From a virus: a stretch of 64,000 nucleotides of DNA. Below the pieces are notes generated by a model. The model was not told the origin of the DNA. It ran no database searches and was given only the letters and a program-made list of their open reading frames with translations. The translations under genes and the position numbers were made by a program. Within the stretch, counting starts at the first letter, position 1; every line of letters starts with the position of its first letter. The stretch is from positions 23,519-87,518 of IMG/VR virus record IMGVR_UViG_3300027969_003137; one strand, written 5' to 3'. Shown piece after piece: positions 17,591 through 27,427 of the stretch.

Positions 17591-20500
17591 ATGGCAAGAA
17601 AAATTATTGATACCGGCGTTGTAGGCAACGACGGCACTGGCGACAGTATACGAGACTCATTCCGTAAGGTAAATGACAACTTTAGAGAACTTTACAGTTC
17701 GTTAGGTTTAGGTGAGAAGCTTACTTTTAAAAATCTAGACGATACTCCTAGCAGTTATCTTGGGCAAGAAAACGCATTACTTGCCGTTAATAATACCGAG
17801 ACAGGAGTTGTTTTTAAACAGTTAACTCCGGGCTCTGGTATCAGTTTAGATTTTACTACCAACATAAACGAAATTAGAGTTAGCTCTGAGTTTTCGGAAG
17901 TTGTTGGAGATTCTAGTCCTCAACTAGGCGGAAATCTAAGTGCAAGATCTGGAGGACTACAATATAGAATTTTAGATCTAGGAACTAACGCACTTCCTAT
18001 CACCCCACTATACGAACACGAAGCTGTTAATAAACGATATGCCGATAGCAAAATTGCTAGAGCAGGTGTTGATACAGTAGATCCTAGAACTGGGTTAACT
18101 AACAGTTCGTTTGGTAGAATGAGCGGACCTCTTATACTTTCTAGAGATCCTGAACCAGAAGACGATGATATTTATGGCGGATTAATTGCTGCAACTAAAA
18201 GATATGTAGACAATTCAGCTTTTGGCAGTTCAGTAAACTTGTATGTTGCAACTTCTGGTCAAGATGATAGAGTTGGGGTTAGTGCTGCTCTACAAGGTCG
18301 TGCATTGGCCTATGCCTATCGCACGTTGGAAGCTGCGCTTAAACGGGCAGAGGAAATAGTATTAGAAGCCAGAAACGAAATTGGTCCTTACAAAAAAACA
18401 TTAACTTATAATAATGGTGCAGCAGAATGTACCTTGGATGACATAACAGACGCTCCCGCCAGTGGTTCTGGGTTTAGCGGATCACCGTTAATGAGTGTGG
18501 ATTCAGTAGTTGTTAATAATGTTGGTGTGAACTATAGACCAGGTGATATACTGACTGTTGTCGGTGGAGCATTTGTTCAGCCAGCTAGAATTGAAATATT
18601 ATCAACCACTGAAGCGGGCGGTGCATTAACATTTAGAATATTATCTACTGGTGTTTACAGCAGTTTACCTCCTACCAACACCAATGTGGCCACTACTGAT
18701 GACAGTGCTAACGGACAACTTGCCACACTGAATCTAACCTATAGAGTCAACAATGTTGTGGTAAATGCTGGTGGAAGTGGCTACGGACTTGTATCTGTTA
18801 GAATTTCAGGTGGTGGCGGGTCAGGTGCATTTGGAACTGCTGATGTCCTTAGCGGCATTGTTCAAAGTATTACCATAACTGACCAAGGTTCTGGTTTTAC
18901 CAGCTTACCTGTGGTATCAGTGTCTCTTCCAAGATTCTTAATTAATACTGACGGATACCGAACAGACTTTACAGGTGATGTGACCACATCAACTCCAAGT
19001 GCTGTTAGAAGCAGAGACATTCGAGAAGGTCTGTATCTTCGAGGTGAATCATCAGGTGCACTGGCACAGATACTATCTCACCAAGGTGCATTAGATAGCC
19101 TCGGCAACGAAATTTTTGATGTGGATCTAAAGTACGGAACTTTTGTGATTGGCGAAGTAATATCTTACGGCGACGTTGCAAAAAATATTCAAATTAGTAT
19201 ATTAGTAGAAACTGGTGTCTACGAAGAAAATTTACCCTTAAGACTTCCCAACAACGTGTCTATTATTGGTGACGAATTTAGACGTTGTATTATTAGACCC
19301 AAGCCAGGCATAAGTTCAAGTCCTTGGGCGTTTTTGCATTTTAGAAGAGACCTATCAGTGGGTGTTGCTGGCACTGACTTGATAACACTAACTGATAGAC
19401 TGTTTGGATATCACTATCTCCAAGACACATCACAGCCCATTTATCCTCTAGTTAACAATCGAGGCTTTTATAGATCAGCTGCACAGCTCCTACAATTAAA
19501 TCGTGTGTTCATACAAAAAGAAGTAGTGGGCTGGATAGCTGATCAAGTGGCAGAAGAAATTTCTCCGTTCACTGCTGCTTTCTTGTACAACAGCGAAACT
19601 TGTGAAAGGGATGTAGGACTTATTATTGACTCTATGATATTTGATTTGAAGTGGGGCGGCTCAAATAGAACCATATCATCGGCACTTAAATATTATGGCA
19701 ATGCCAGCGGATTAATTGCAATCAATGCTCAACTATCACAGACTATTGCGGCTATTCGACGACTGGGCACACTTGCTCAACTGGTTATTCGAAATGTAGA
19801 AATCCAAGAACTTTATCAAGATGCCTATCCTCAAATCATAGACGGTGCCTATATTGCTGAAGTTGGTACTACCGGAACATCATTTAATATTACCGGAGTC
19901 ACTAACGCCAACCCAATTGCAATTACTACCGCTACTGCTCACGGACTAGCTTCAGGCAACCAAATTTTAATTAGTGGAGTAGGTGGTACCACACAAATCA
20001 ATGGCAACGACTATTATGTCACTGTTATAAATGCAACATCATTTTACATATACAGTGATGCTGCAAGAACAATTTCAGTTAGCGGTGTAACCTATGGAAC
20101 ATATACATCCGGCGGTAGTGCCGTTAGTATTGGCGGAGTGGTAGGTGCATTAATTAATGTTGTTATTGATGTCATTGATAATTCAGGAAGTGTTAACTAT
20201 CCTAAAAATAACGACGAGATGGACGTTATATTGTGTAATGACGCTGTACGTATACAGTCAATCACATTCCAAGGGCATGGCGGATTTGCCATGGTACTTG
20301 ATCCAGAGGGCCAGATCCTTGCCAAATCTCCATACGCTCAAGAGTGTGCGTCGTTCTCAAAGGGAACTGGGGCTCAGACGTTTGCAGGCGGCCAATACAT
20401 TGACGGCTTTACCGGCAACTTAAAATTTAAAATTCTAAGTAAAGATTCAAATACGTTCTTGCGTGTGGGCGAGTTGAAGCGCATACCTCAACTGCCTGCT

Positions 20501-23500
20501 TCTTTTATTGTTGAAGACACAGTATATAGAATTAACTATGTTAGAGACTACACATTTAACACAGCAGGTTCTACAGCGTCATTTGTTCTAGATGAAACGA
20601 CTCCTTGGCCGTTTGATTTATTCACCTACAACGAAGCTATCTGCTCTAGAGACGTTGGCCTAATTTTAAATGGCGTTGGCTATGACGTTGTGTTTGGCAC
20701 TAATTATCATTCTAGACGATCTGGTTTGACCTATAGACTGGCAGCTGCCAGCGTGGTCATCGAAGATCAATTAGATTTAACTGTTCGAGCAATAGAAGAA
20801 GCGCACACACTGGCATCTAATTATTTGACATTGTATCCTACTGCGCAGTCAATTGTCGAGACCAGTAAAGTCAATATTGCCAATATTGTTAGAAATGGTA
20901 GTACATTTGCAGCGGCTTTATCGTTTACAAATCCTCCTGGGCTAGCAGCTAATAGAGTCAACGCCAGTTCATTACTGCAAGCAAACATTCAATTTATCAA
21001 AGATGAGACTGTTGGATACCTAGCCTCTACCTACCCCTCACTGTCATTTAATCAAACAACCTGCGCTCGAGATGTTGAGTACCTTGTTGAATCATTGATA
21101 TATGATATTTTGTATGGTGGTAATAGTGAAACTAGAAAAGCAGGTATCAAATATTGGGATGGAGTAGGATCTGCGGCTGTATTGCAAGTTCCTGTAGGAC
21201 AACAAGCACAAACTGCCGACGGCATTAACTATGCCAAATATCTAGCCAAGCAGGTCATTGTTAGTCTAGCTCCTACTATCTCATACACAGCTACTCCAAG
21301 AGTGGGTGGCTCTGCAAGCGATGGTGCCATTCAATCTGTAATCGAAACATTGTTAACTAATGTTGCAGCCATTGTGACCAGCGGTGTAGGATCTGCTACT
21401 GCTGAAACATTGCCTAACCTGGGGGCATACGCATATGCTGGGACTGCTATAACTGCACGTACAATAATTAACACAAATAAAACTGCCATTCAAGCGGCAG
21501 TAATTACTTTTGTAAATGAAAATGCCAATGCCTACGAAGTACTGATGCCTGGTAATAGATCGATGTTGTCCAACGACTACACGCAGATCAATGACCTAGG
21601 TTATGGTATTGTGGTCAACAACGGTGGATTAGCAGAATGTGTGAGTATGTTTACCTACTACTGCCATATCTCATATTACTCGATTGGCGGTGGACAGATT
21701 CGATCAATTGGCGGATCAAGTGCTCACGGTAATTTTGCACTAGTTGCTGAAGGTAGCGATCCTCTAGAAGTTCCAACTCCTGTGTCAACATATTACGATC
21801 TTGCTCAAGGAGCAAGATGTTATTTCCCTTCAGGATCATATGCCAACGTAGCAGGCGGGCTATCAATATATGTTACTAACTATACATATCCGCCGTCACC
21901 AAATTCAGAATTAGAAGTCGACCACGGTCTTGGAACTATATTTAGATATCCAATTACTGGAGTATCTACTGATGATTCGTTGCCTGCTGGAGTGGCAAGA
22001 CTAAGTCTACGAAGTTCCGAAGGTGCAGGCATCACCGGTCTTGCAGCCGTAATTGCCAACACCACTATATTAACCATTAGACAAAACTCCACAGTGGTTC
22101 TAACTGGCAATGCCGTGGACGTTGCTGTTCGACCAAGTACTGGACTAGTGCTTGCTGAGTCCCCTGAAGTATATCGAGTGCTACAATTTGAAGCATATGC
22201 CGACCCTGTGGGTGCTAGAACTATTACTATTGCCCTAGGTACTCCTGGAATTATAACCAGAGCATCTCATGGTCTTCAACCAGGATATCAAATTGTTATT
22301 ACCACAACTGGTGCATTGCCTACAGGATTAACAGCAGGTATAGTTTATTATGTACAGTCAGACGGCTTCACTGCAAATAGTTTTAGACTAGCTACAACAA
22401 AACGTGGTGTTGCTATTAATGCAACCGGCAGTCAAAGTGGGACCCATTCCTACACAGTATTTGGTCTTGCGCAGACCACACTGAGAGAAAATTACAACTA
22501 TATCGATATATCATTATATCCAGAGCAACCATTTGTGACTGCTCCAAGGGTGTGTACAATTTCCATTGCTAATCCTGCGGTAGTTACATTAACCAGTCAC
22601 GGATTTAGTGCAAACAATGTTGTTAGATTTACCACAACTGGTGCATTGCCTAGCGGAATTTCACTTACTAGACTGTATTTTGTTAAAACGGTATTAGATG
22701 CAAATACATTTACCATAACAGATATTGCAACCAGCTCGTCATTACCATTAGAGTGTACGGGAATTCAATATGGTGTCCAACGTGTAGGTCTAGTAATAGG
22801 TCGTGCAGGAGATAGTACTGTTGCCATTGTGCCAATCAGCGGTGCAGAAGAGAATCGAGTCCTTGGTACCAAGATTGTGTACAAAGGTGTAGAGTACACC
22901 GTGCAGGCCTATCAGAATGAAACAACAACTGGAGATAATTATGGATTGATAACTGTCAGCCCTGCGTTATCAAACTCTTTGATTTATTTTACAAGTCTGC
23001 CAACTCTTAAATCTGCGGTACCAAAAGACGAACCAGGCACACTCACAATTAGGATTTCTTTAACTCGTGTGACTTCACATGATCTATTAGAAATTGGTAC
23101 TGGCTCTTATGCCGATACAAATTATCCAAACGAAATTTATGGTCCGGCAGTTAACGCACTAGATCCAGATTCTGAAACTCAAGAGCGTAGTGTAGGTCGA
23201 GTTTTCTATGTGACCACTGACCAATTTGGTAATTTCTCTGTTGGTCCATACTTCCGTGTTGACCAAGGTACTGGTAGTGTGACTTTTGCGGCGTCAATTG
23301 CGCTGTCGAATCTAGACGGTATTGGTTTTAAACGAGGTGTTCCAGTAAGTGAATTTTCAACTGACAGTTCGTTCAGTGACAACGCCACTGACACAGTACC
23401 GACAGAAAATGCTGCAAGAGGCTATATCGAACGTAGATTAGGAATCAGCCATACTGGTGCTGTATTGCCCTTGGGCACATTGATCCCGGCATTCAGTGGC

Positions 23501-24937
23501 GGGTATATGGCTCTTGACGGCCAATTGGCCATGAAGTCCGATATGGATCTAGGCAATTTTAAAATTAGGAATGTGGCGGATCCAGTAAATCCAACCGATG
23601 CCCTCAATCTTAGAAGTTTAACTCTCAACAACTTAGTTGACTTTCAAGCCACTAATCCGCGAAGTGGTGACATTTTAACATTTACTGGTGCAGGGACATT
23701 TGCGCAGAACTCTGCGGTGGTAGGAGATATTAGCCTTAATATTGATTCTACTGCCAACACAGTTGATATTCAGATTAATCCAGGTGTAATTATTGATGCC
23801 GATATTAACAATGCTGCTAATATTGTTCAAAGTAAATTGCTGTTATCATCTGCTACAACTAGAGCAAATGCCGCTGGCATAACACAGGCAGAAAAAGGCA
23901 TATCCAGTTTTGATAATGCGCAGTTTGATGTCACTGACGGGTGGGTCACACTAAAAGACAACGGTGTTAATTTAACAGACCTTCCACAGATTGCAACTAA
24001 AACAGTGCTAGGCAATTCAACTCTGGCAACTGCTAACGTATCAGCTGTGCTGTTCAGCACAGTAGTCAATGACGGTGGCGCCATTAAGAAATCACAGTAC
24101 AATGGCGGAACTGGCTATCTAAGAAGAATTGGTTTTACTTCTACTAATGACGCTGACTATGCTATTGTAGACGAATCTACCAGCGTTGCTGCAAGCACAT
24201 TGGTCAAGCGTGATGTCAACGGCGACTTTGCTGGTAGATTCGTCAGCATAGACAAACTCATTGTTGACACAAAAACCATTCTTGATACTACAACAACCTC
24301 AACAGGTGGATATACTCAGCTGTATGGATTTTCAAATAACGTTGGTATTTTAATTGGTGACGGAACTACCTTGCCTGATCGTAGAACATTCTACGACAAC
24401 GACTCACATACGTTTAGAACATACAATGGTCTGAGTAATGCTCCTATAACTGTAGGATCAATTACTACTCCAGTACTCACTACAGGTGCTGTTAGCTCTG
24501 GTGGTACAATAACTGGTCTTTGGGGGCTAAGTTCTGGTAGTAGATTAACAGCTACCTATGCAGACTTAGCTGAATACTACGAAGGCGATCGTGAATATGC
24601 AGTTGGAACTGTGTTAATATTTGGTGGAGATAAAGAAGTCACTATGTCGTCAACGTACGGGGATCATAAAGTTGTTGGCGTGGTCAGTGATACTGCTGCA
24701 TATATTATGAATGAACAATGCGCCGGCACAAAAAATCTAGTAGCATTACAAGGTCGTGTGCCCTGTAAGGTAGTAGGAAAAATTAACAAAGGCGATTTAA
24801 TAGTAACATCCAATATTCCAGGTGTTGGTATATCAGCAGGAGGCAATGCCAAAACTGGTACCGTTATTGGTAAGGCAATAGCAGATTACAACTCAGATCA
24901 CATTGGCACTATTGAAGTTGCCGTAGGAAGAACATAA
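17591..24937 (+). CDS. Giant virion structural protein (baseplate/tail-associated, 2448 aa)
   Basis: T4 gp9/gp10-like N-terminus GNDGTGDSIRDSFRKVNDNF; GSGY/GSGF repeats; FCCH-like THGL repeats; C-terminal ADLAEYY...GRVPCKV...IGKA chaperone-like domain. Confidence 0.85.
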   Translation: MARKIIDTGVVGNDGTGDSIRDSFRKVNDNFRELYSSLGLGEKLTFKNLDDTPSSYLGQENALLAVNNTETGVVFKQLTPGSGISLDFTTNINEIRVSSEFSEVVGDSSPQLGGNLSARSGGLQYRILDLGTNALPITPLYEHEAVNKRYADSKIARAGVDTVDPRTGLTNSSFGRMSGPLILSRDPEPEDDDIYGGLIAATKRYVDNSAFGSSVNLYVATSGQDDRVGVSAALQGRALAYAYRTLEAALKRAEEIVLEARNEIGPYKKTLTYNNGAAECTLDDITDAPASGSGFSGSPLMSVDSVVVNNVGVNYRPGDILTVVGGAFVQPARIEILSTTEAGGALTFRILSTGVYSSLPPTNTNVATTDDSANGQLATLNLTYRVNNVVVNAGGSGYGLVSVRISGGGGSGAFGTADVLSGIVQSITITDQGSGFTSLPVVSVSLPRFLINTDGYRTDFTGDVTTSTPSAVRSRDIREGLYLRGESSGALAQILSHQGALDSLGNEIFDVDLKYGTFVIGEVISYGDVAKNIQISILVETGVYEENLPLRLPNNVSIIGDEFRRCIIRPKPGISSSPWAFLHFRRDLSVGVAGTDLITLTDRLFGYHYLQDTSQPIYPLVNNRGFYRSAAQLLQLNRVFIQKEVVGWIADQVAEEISPFTAAFLYNSETCERDVGLIIDSMIFDLKWGGSNRTISSALKYYGNASGLIAINAQLSQTIAAIRRLGTLAQLVIRNVEIQELYQDAYPQIIDGAYIAEVGTTGTSFNITGVTNANPIAITTATAHGLASGNQILISGVGGTTQINGNDYYVTVINATSFYIYSDAARTISVSGVTYGTYTSGGSAVSIGGVVGALINVVIDVIDNSGSVNYPKNNDEMDVILCNDAVRIQSITFQGHGGFAMVLDPEGQILAKSPYAQECASFSKGTGAQTFAGGQYIDGFTGNLKFKILSKDSNTFLRVGELKRIPQLPASFIVEDTVYRINYVRDYTFNTAGSTASFVLDETTPWPFDLFTYNEAICSRDVGLILNGVGYDVVFGTNYHSRRSGLTYRLAAASVVIEDQLDLTVRAIEEAHTLASNYLTLYPTAQSIVETSKVNIANIVRNGSTFAAALSFTNPPGLAANRVNASSLLQANIQFIKDETVGYLASTYPSLSFNQTTCARDVEYLVESLIYDILYGGNSETRKAGIKYWDGVGSAAVLQVPVGQQAQTADGINYAKYLAKQVIVSLAPTISYTATPRVGGSASDGAIQSVIETLLTNVAAIVTSGVGSATAETLPNLGAYAYAGTAITARTIINTNKTAIQAAVITFVNENANAYEVLMPGNRSMLSNDYTQINDLGYGIVVNNGGLAECVSMFTYYCHISYYSIGGGQIRSIGGSSAHGNFALVAEGSDPLEVPTPVSTYYDLAQGARCYFPSGSYANVAGGLSIYVTNYTYPPSPNSELEVDHGLGTIFRYPITGVSTDDSLPAGVARLSLRSSEGAGITGLAAVIANTTILTIRQNSTVVLTGNAVDVAVRPSTGLVLAESPEVYRVLQFEAYADPVGARTITIALGTPGIITRASHGLQPGYQIVITTTGALPTGLTAGIVYYVQSDGFTANSFRLATTKRGVAINATGSQSGTHSYTVFGLAQTTLRENYNYIDISLYPEQPFVTAPRVCTISIANPAVVTLTSHGFSANNVVRFTTTGALPSGISLTRLYFVKTVLDANTFTITDIATSSSLPLECTGIQYGVQRVGLVIGRAGDSTVAIVPISGAEENRVLGTKIVYKGVEYTVQAYQNETTTGDNYGLITVSPALSNSLIYFTSLPTLKSAVPKDEPGTLTIRISLTRVTSHDLLEIGTGSYADTNYPNEIYGPAVNALDPDSETQERSVGRVFYVTTDQFGNFSVGPYFRVDQGTGSVTFAASIALSNLDGIGFKRGVPVSEFSTDSSFSDNATDTVPTENAARGYIERRLGISHTGAVLPLGTLIPAFSGGYMALDGQLAMKSDMDLGNFKIRNVADPVNPTDALNLRSLTLNNLVDFQATNPRSGDILTFTGAGTFAQNSAVVGDISLNIDSTANTVDIQINPGVIIDADINNAANIVQSKLLLSSATTRANAAGITQAEKGISSFDNAQFDVTDGWVTLKDNGVNLTDLPQIATKTVLGNSTLATANVSAVLFSTVVNDGGAIKKSQYNGGTGYLRRIGFTSTNDADYAIVDESTSVAASTLVKRDVNGDFAGRFVSIDKLIVDTKTILDTTTTSTGGYTQLYGFSNNVGILIGDGTTLPDRRTFYDNDSHTFRTYNGLSNAPITVGSITTPVLTTGAVSSGGTITGLWGLSSGSRLTATYADLAEYYEGDREYAVGTVLIFGGDKEVTMSSTYGDHKVVGVVSDTAAYIMNEQCAGTKNLVALQGRVPCKVVGKINKGDLIVTSNIPGVGISAGGNAKTGTVIGKAIADYNSDHIGTIEVAVGRT
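22299..22652 (+). repeat. 24-nt exact direct repeat inside the giant structural gene
   Basis: TTACCACAACTGGTGCATTGCCTA at 22299-22322 and 22629-22652, encoding TTTGALP. Confidence 0.9.
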
Positions 24938-27426
24938 TGTCTAGAAAAACAATAAATTCAGGTTCTGCTCCAATACTGTGGAGCACAGTTGACGAAGCAT
25001 TTAATAGAATAAATGACAACTTTACAGAGCTGTATCTAAGCGTAGGTGGTGGCGGTGCTATTGATCTAACAGCAATAAACAGCAACATCAACCCAGGAGC
25101 GAACGAAACATATGATCTAGGATCGCCAACTAAACGTTGGAGAGACATCTATCTTAGTGGCAGCTCGATTCATCTGGGAACAGCGGTAATTACTTCACAA
25201 TACGGTGCAGTTAATCTTCCGGCAGGATCTACCATCGGTAGTCTAGCACTAGACGAAAACTATTTTAAAACTATTGCTGTGCCCGGTCAGCCAAGTATTG
25301 TTGCCGACACCGGAACTGATACACTAATTATTGCAGCCAGCAGTGGTATTACATTGACTACAGCAGCGGGACTTGATCGATTGACTATTGCTAACAGCGG
25401 AGTATTAACCAATGCTGGCGGTACAGGTATTACGGTCAGTGGGTCAACTGGCAATGTTGTAATTAACAATGCGGGTGTAGTTTCAGCCGTTGCTGGATAC
25501 GGTATCAGTGTTAGTTCAGCAACAGGTAATGTCACTATTGCCAATACCGGAATAGTTAGCATTATCACTGACCCAGGATCTGGTATTGCATTAGATACCA
25601 GTGTTCCTGGTACTGTTCGAATTACAAACTCAGCGCCCAGCGTGCCGCAAAATATTTTCCAAACTGTGGCAGTTAGCGGTCAATCAAATGTGGTCGCAGA
25701 TAGTACATCAGACATATTGACATTTGTAAACGGTACAGGCATTAGTATCACTACCAATGCTGGTGCTGACTCGATTACATTTACCAACTCAGGTGTGACC
25801 AGCTTTGCAGTATCTGGTGTTGGTCTAAGCGCAAGTGCTGCCACAGGATCGATCACATTATCCAACACCGGAGTCACTGCTATATCGGCAGGCGATGGCA
25901 TTTCCATTAACCAAAGTACTGGTACAGTTATTGTCACAAACACAAGATTTGGATTTACTTCTATTGCAGTAGGTGGACAATCATCCGTATTAGCTGATAA
26001 CACCACAGACACCTTGGTGTTGGTAGCAGGTGAAGGTATACAATTAACCACAAACGCAGTCAGCGATAGCATCACATTTGATGTGACATACCTCAAGGGT
26101 TCTGTGTTCTCAGACACATCCACACTGGTGATCAACGGTGCTACTGGCACGGTGGTTGGCGCTGTTGCAACTTCAAGTTTACGTACTTCAGAAACCAAAA
26201 TAGCATTAGGATATGGTGCAGGCAGTGTTTCTCAAGGCAATGCTGCGGTTGCAGTTGGACCATTTGCTGGGCAAACAACGCAAGGCCAAAATGCGGTAGC
26301 TGTCGGTTTCAATGCCGGCCAAACTACTCAAGGTATTGCAGCCGTAGCTGTCGGCATAGCATCTGGTTATCTTCTTCAAGGCGTCGACGCTGTTGCAATC
26401 GGAAGCGGTGCTGGTTATACTAGTCAAGGCACGCAATCAGTTGCCATTGGTAAACTAGCTGGTAATACTGGACAAGGCCTACAAGCGATTGCCATAGGAT
26501 CTGGAGCTGGCCAAACTAGCCAGCCCGCAAATAGTATTGTTATCAATGCCAGCGGCTCCATACTCAACGGCGCAGCAGCTGGCTTCTATGTAAGACCAAT
26601 TAGGGAAGTCACTGGTCCGCAAACCGTATACTACAATCCTGTCACATATGAAGTCACGTGGGGACCTGTACCCTCAGGTGGTGTAGGCGGTGGTGGCACC
26701 AGCAATTATGAATTCAGTGTAGCCGGTGATGACTCCACACAGCGAGTGATCAGCAATGGTGAGACATTACGCTTTGCAGGTGCAGGAGGAATTAGCACAA
26801 CCACAGATGGTGAAGGTCGAGTCACAATTACCGGACCAACATTGACCACAGTGGCCACAAGTGGTAGCTATACTGACTTAACAAATAAACCAACCATACC
26901 AGCAGCCTACTCTTCAACCAGTATCGACGCCCTAAGTGATGTTGATACAACCACTAGTGCACCTACAAATGGTCAAGCACTTGTATGGAGCTCAGCAGGA
27001 AGTAAATGGTTGCCTGGCACAGTGTCGGGAGGTGGTGGTGGTACACTGGCATCAAGAGCCGCAGTGGCGGGGACTACTGCAAGCCTAGCTAATGCCGCAA
27101 GAGGCAACTTGACCATTACTGGCTATAAAGGCTACATGCTTTACAAGATTCAAACATCAGCTGCTGCATGGGTAAGAATTTACACAGACATTGCCAGCAG
27201 AACAGCAGATGCAACTAGAGTAGAAGGCGCTGATCCAACTCCAGGTTCAGGTGTTGTTGCTGAGGTAATTACCACAGGAGCACAGACTATTTTGATTAGT
27301 CCAGGTGCATTAGGGTTCAGCAACGAAACTGTTCCAGATACAAATATACAATTAGCAGTGACCAACAAAAGTGGCGGGACAACTACAATCACTGTCACAT
27401 TAACTGCTGTGCAACTAGAGGCATAA
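24937..27426 (+). CDS. Tail fibre-like protein with YadA-head (Hep_Hag)-like repeats
   Basis: AFNRINDNFTELY N-terminus; repeats of VAG..VVAD...DTL; 14-aa AVAVG..AG...QG repeats at about 26200-26520. Confidence 0.8.
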   Translation: MSRKTINSGSAPILWSTVDEAFNRINDNFTELYLSVGGGGAIDLTAINSNINPGANETYDLGSPTKRWRDIYLSGSSIHLGTAVITSQYGAVNLPAGSTIGSLALDENYFKTIAVPGQPSIVADTGTDTLIIAASSGITLTTAAGLDRLTIANSGVLTNAGGTGITVSGSTGNVVINNAGVVSAVAGYGISVSSATGNVTIANTGIVSIITDPGSGIALDTSVPGTVRITNSAPSVPQNIFQTVAVSGQSNVVADSTSDILTFVNGTGISITTNAGADSITFTNSGVTSFAVSGVGLSASAATGSITLSNTGVTAISAGDGISINQSTGTVIVTNTRFGFTSIAVGGQSSVLADNTTDTLVLVAGEGIQLTTNAVSDSITFDVTYLKGSVFSDTSTLVINGATGTVVGAVATSSLRTSETKIALGYGAGSVSQGNAAVAVGPFAGQTTQGQNAVAVGFNAGQTTQGIAAVAVGIASGYLLQGVDAVAIGSGAGYTSQGTQSVAIGKLAGNTGQGLQAIAIGSGAGQTSQPANSIVINASGSILNGAAAGFYVRPIREVTGPQTVYYNPVTYEVTWGPVPSGGVGGGGTSNYEFSVAGDDSTQRVISNGETLRFAGAGGISTTTDGEGRVTITGPTLTTVATSGSYTDLTNKPTIPAAYSSTSIDALSDVDTTTSAPTNGQALVWSSAGSKWLPGTVSGGGGGTLASRAAVAGTTASLANAARGNLTITGYKGYMLYKIQTSAAAWVRIYTDIASRTADATRVEGADPTPGSGVVAEVITTGAQTILISPGALGFSNETVPDTNIQLAVTNKSGGTTTITVTLTAVQLEA

Positions 27427-27427
27427 T

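Noticed and set aside
26200-26520. 42-nt periodic repeats as a non-coding array
   Set aside because: They encode in-frame 14-aa YadA-head-like repeats and diverge at synonymous positions.
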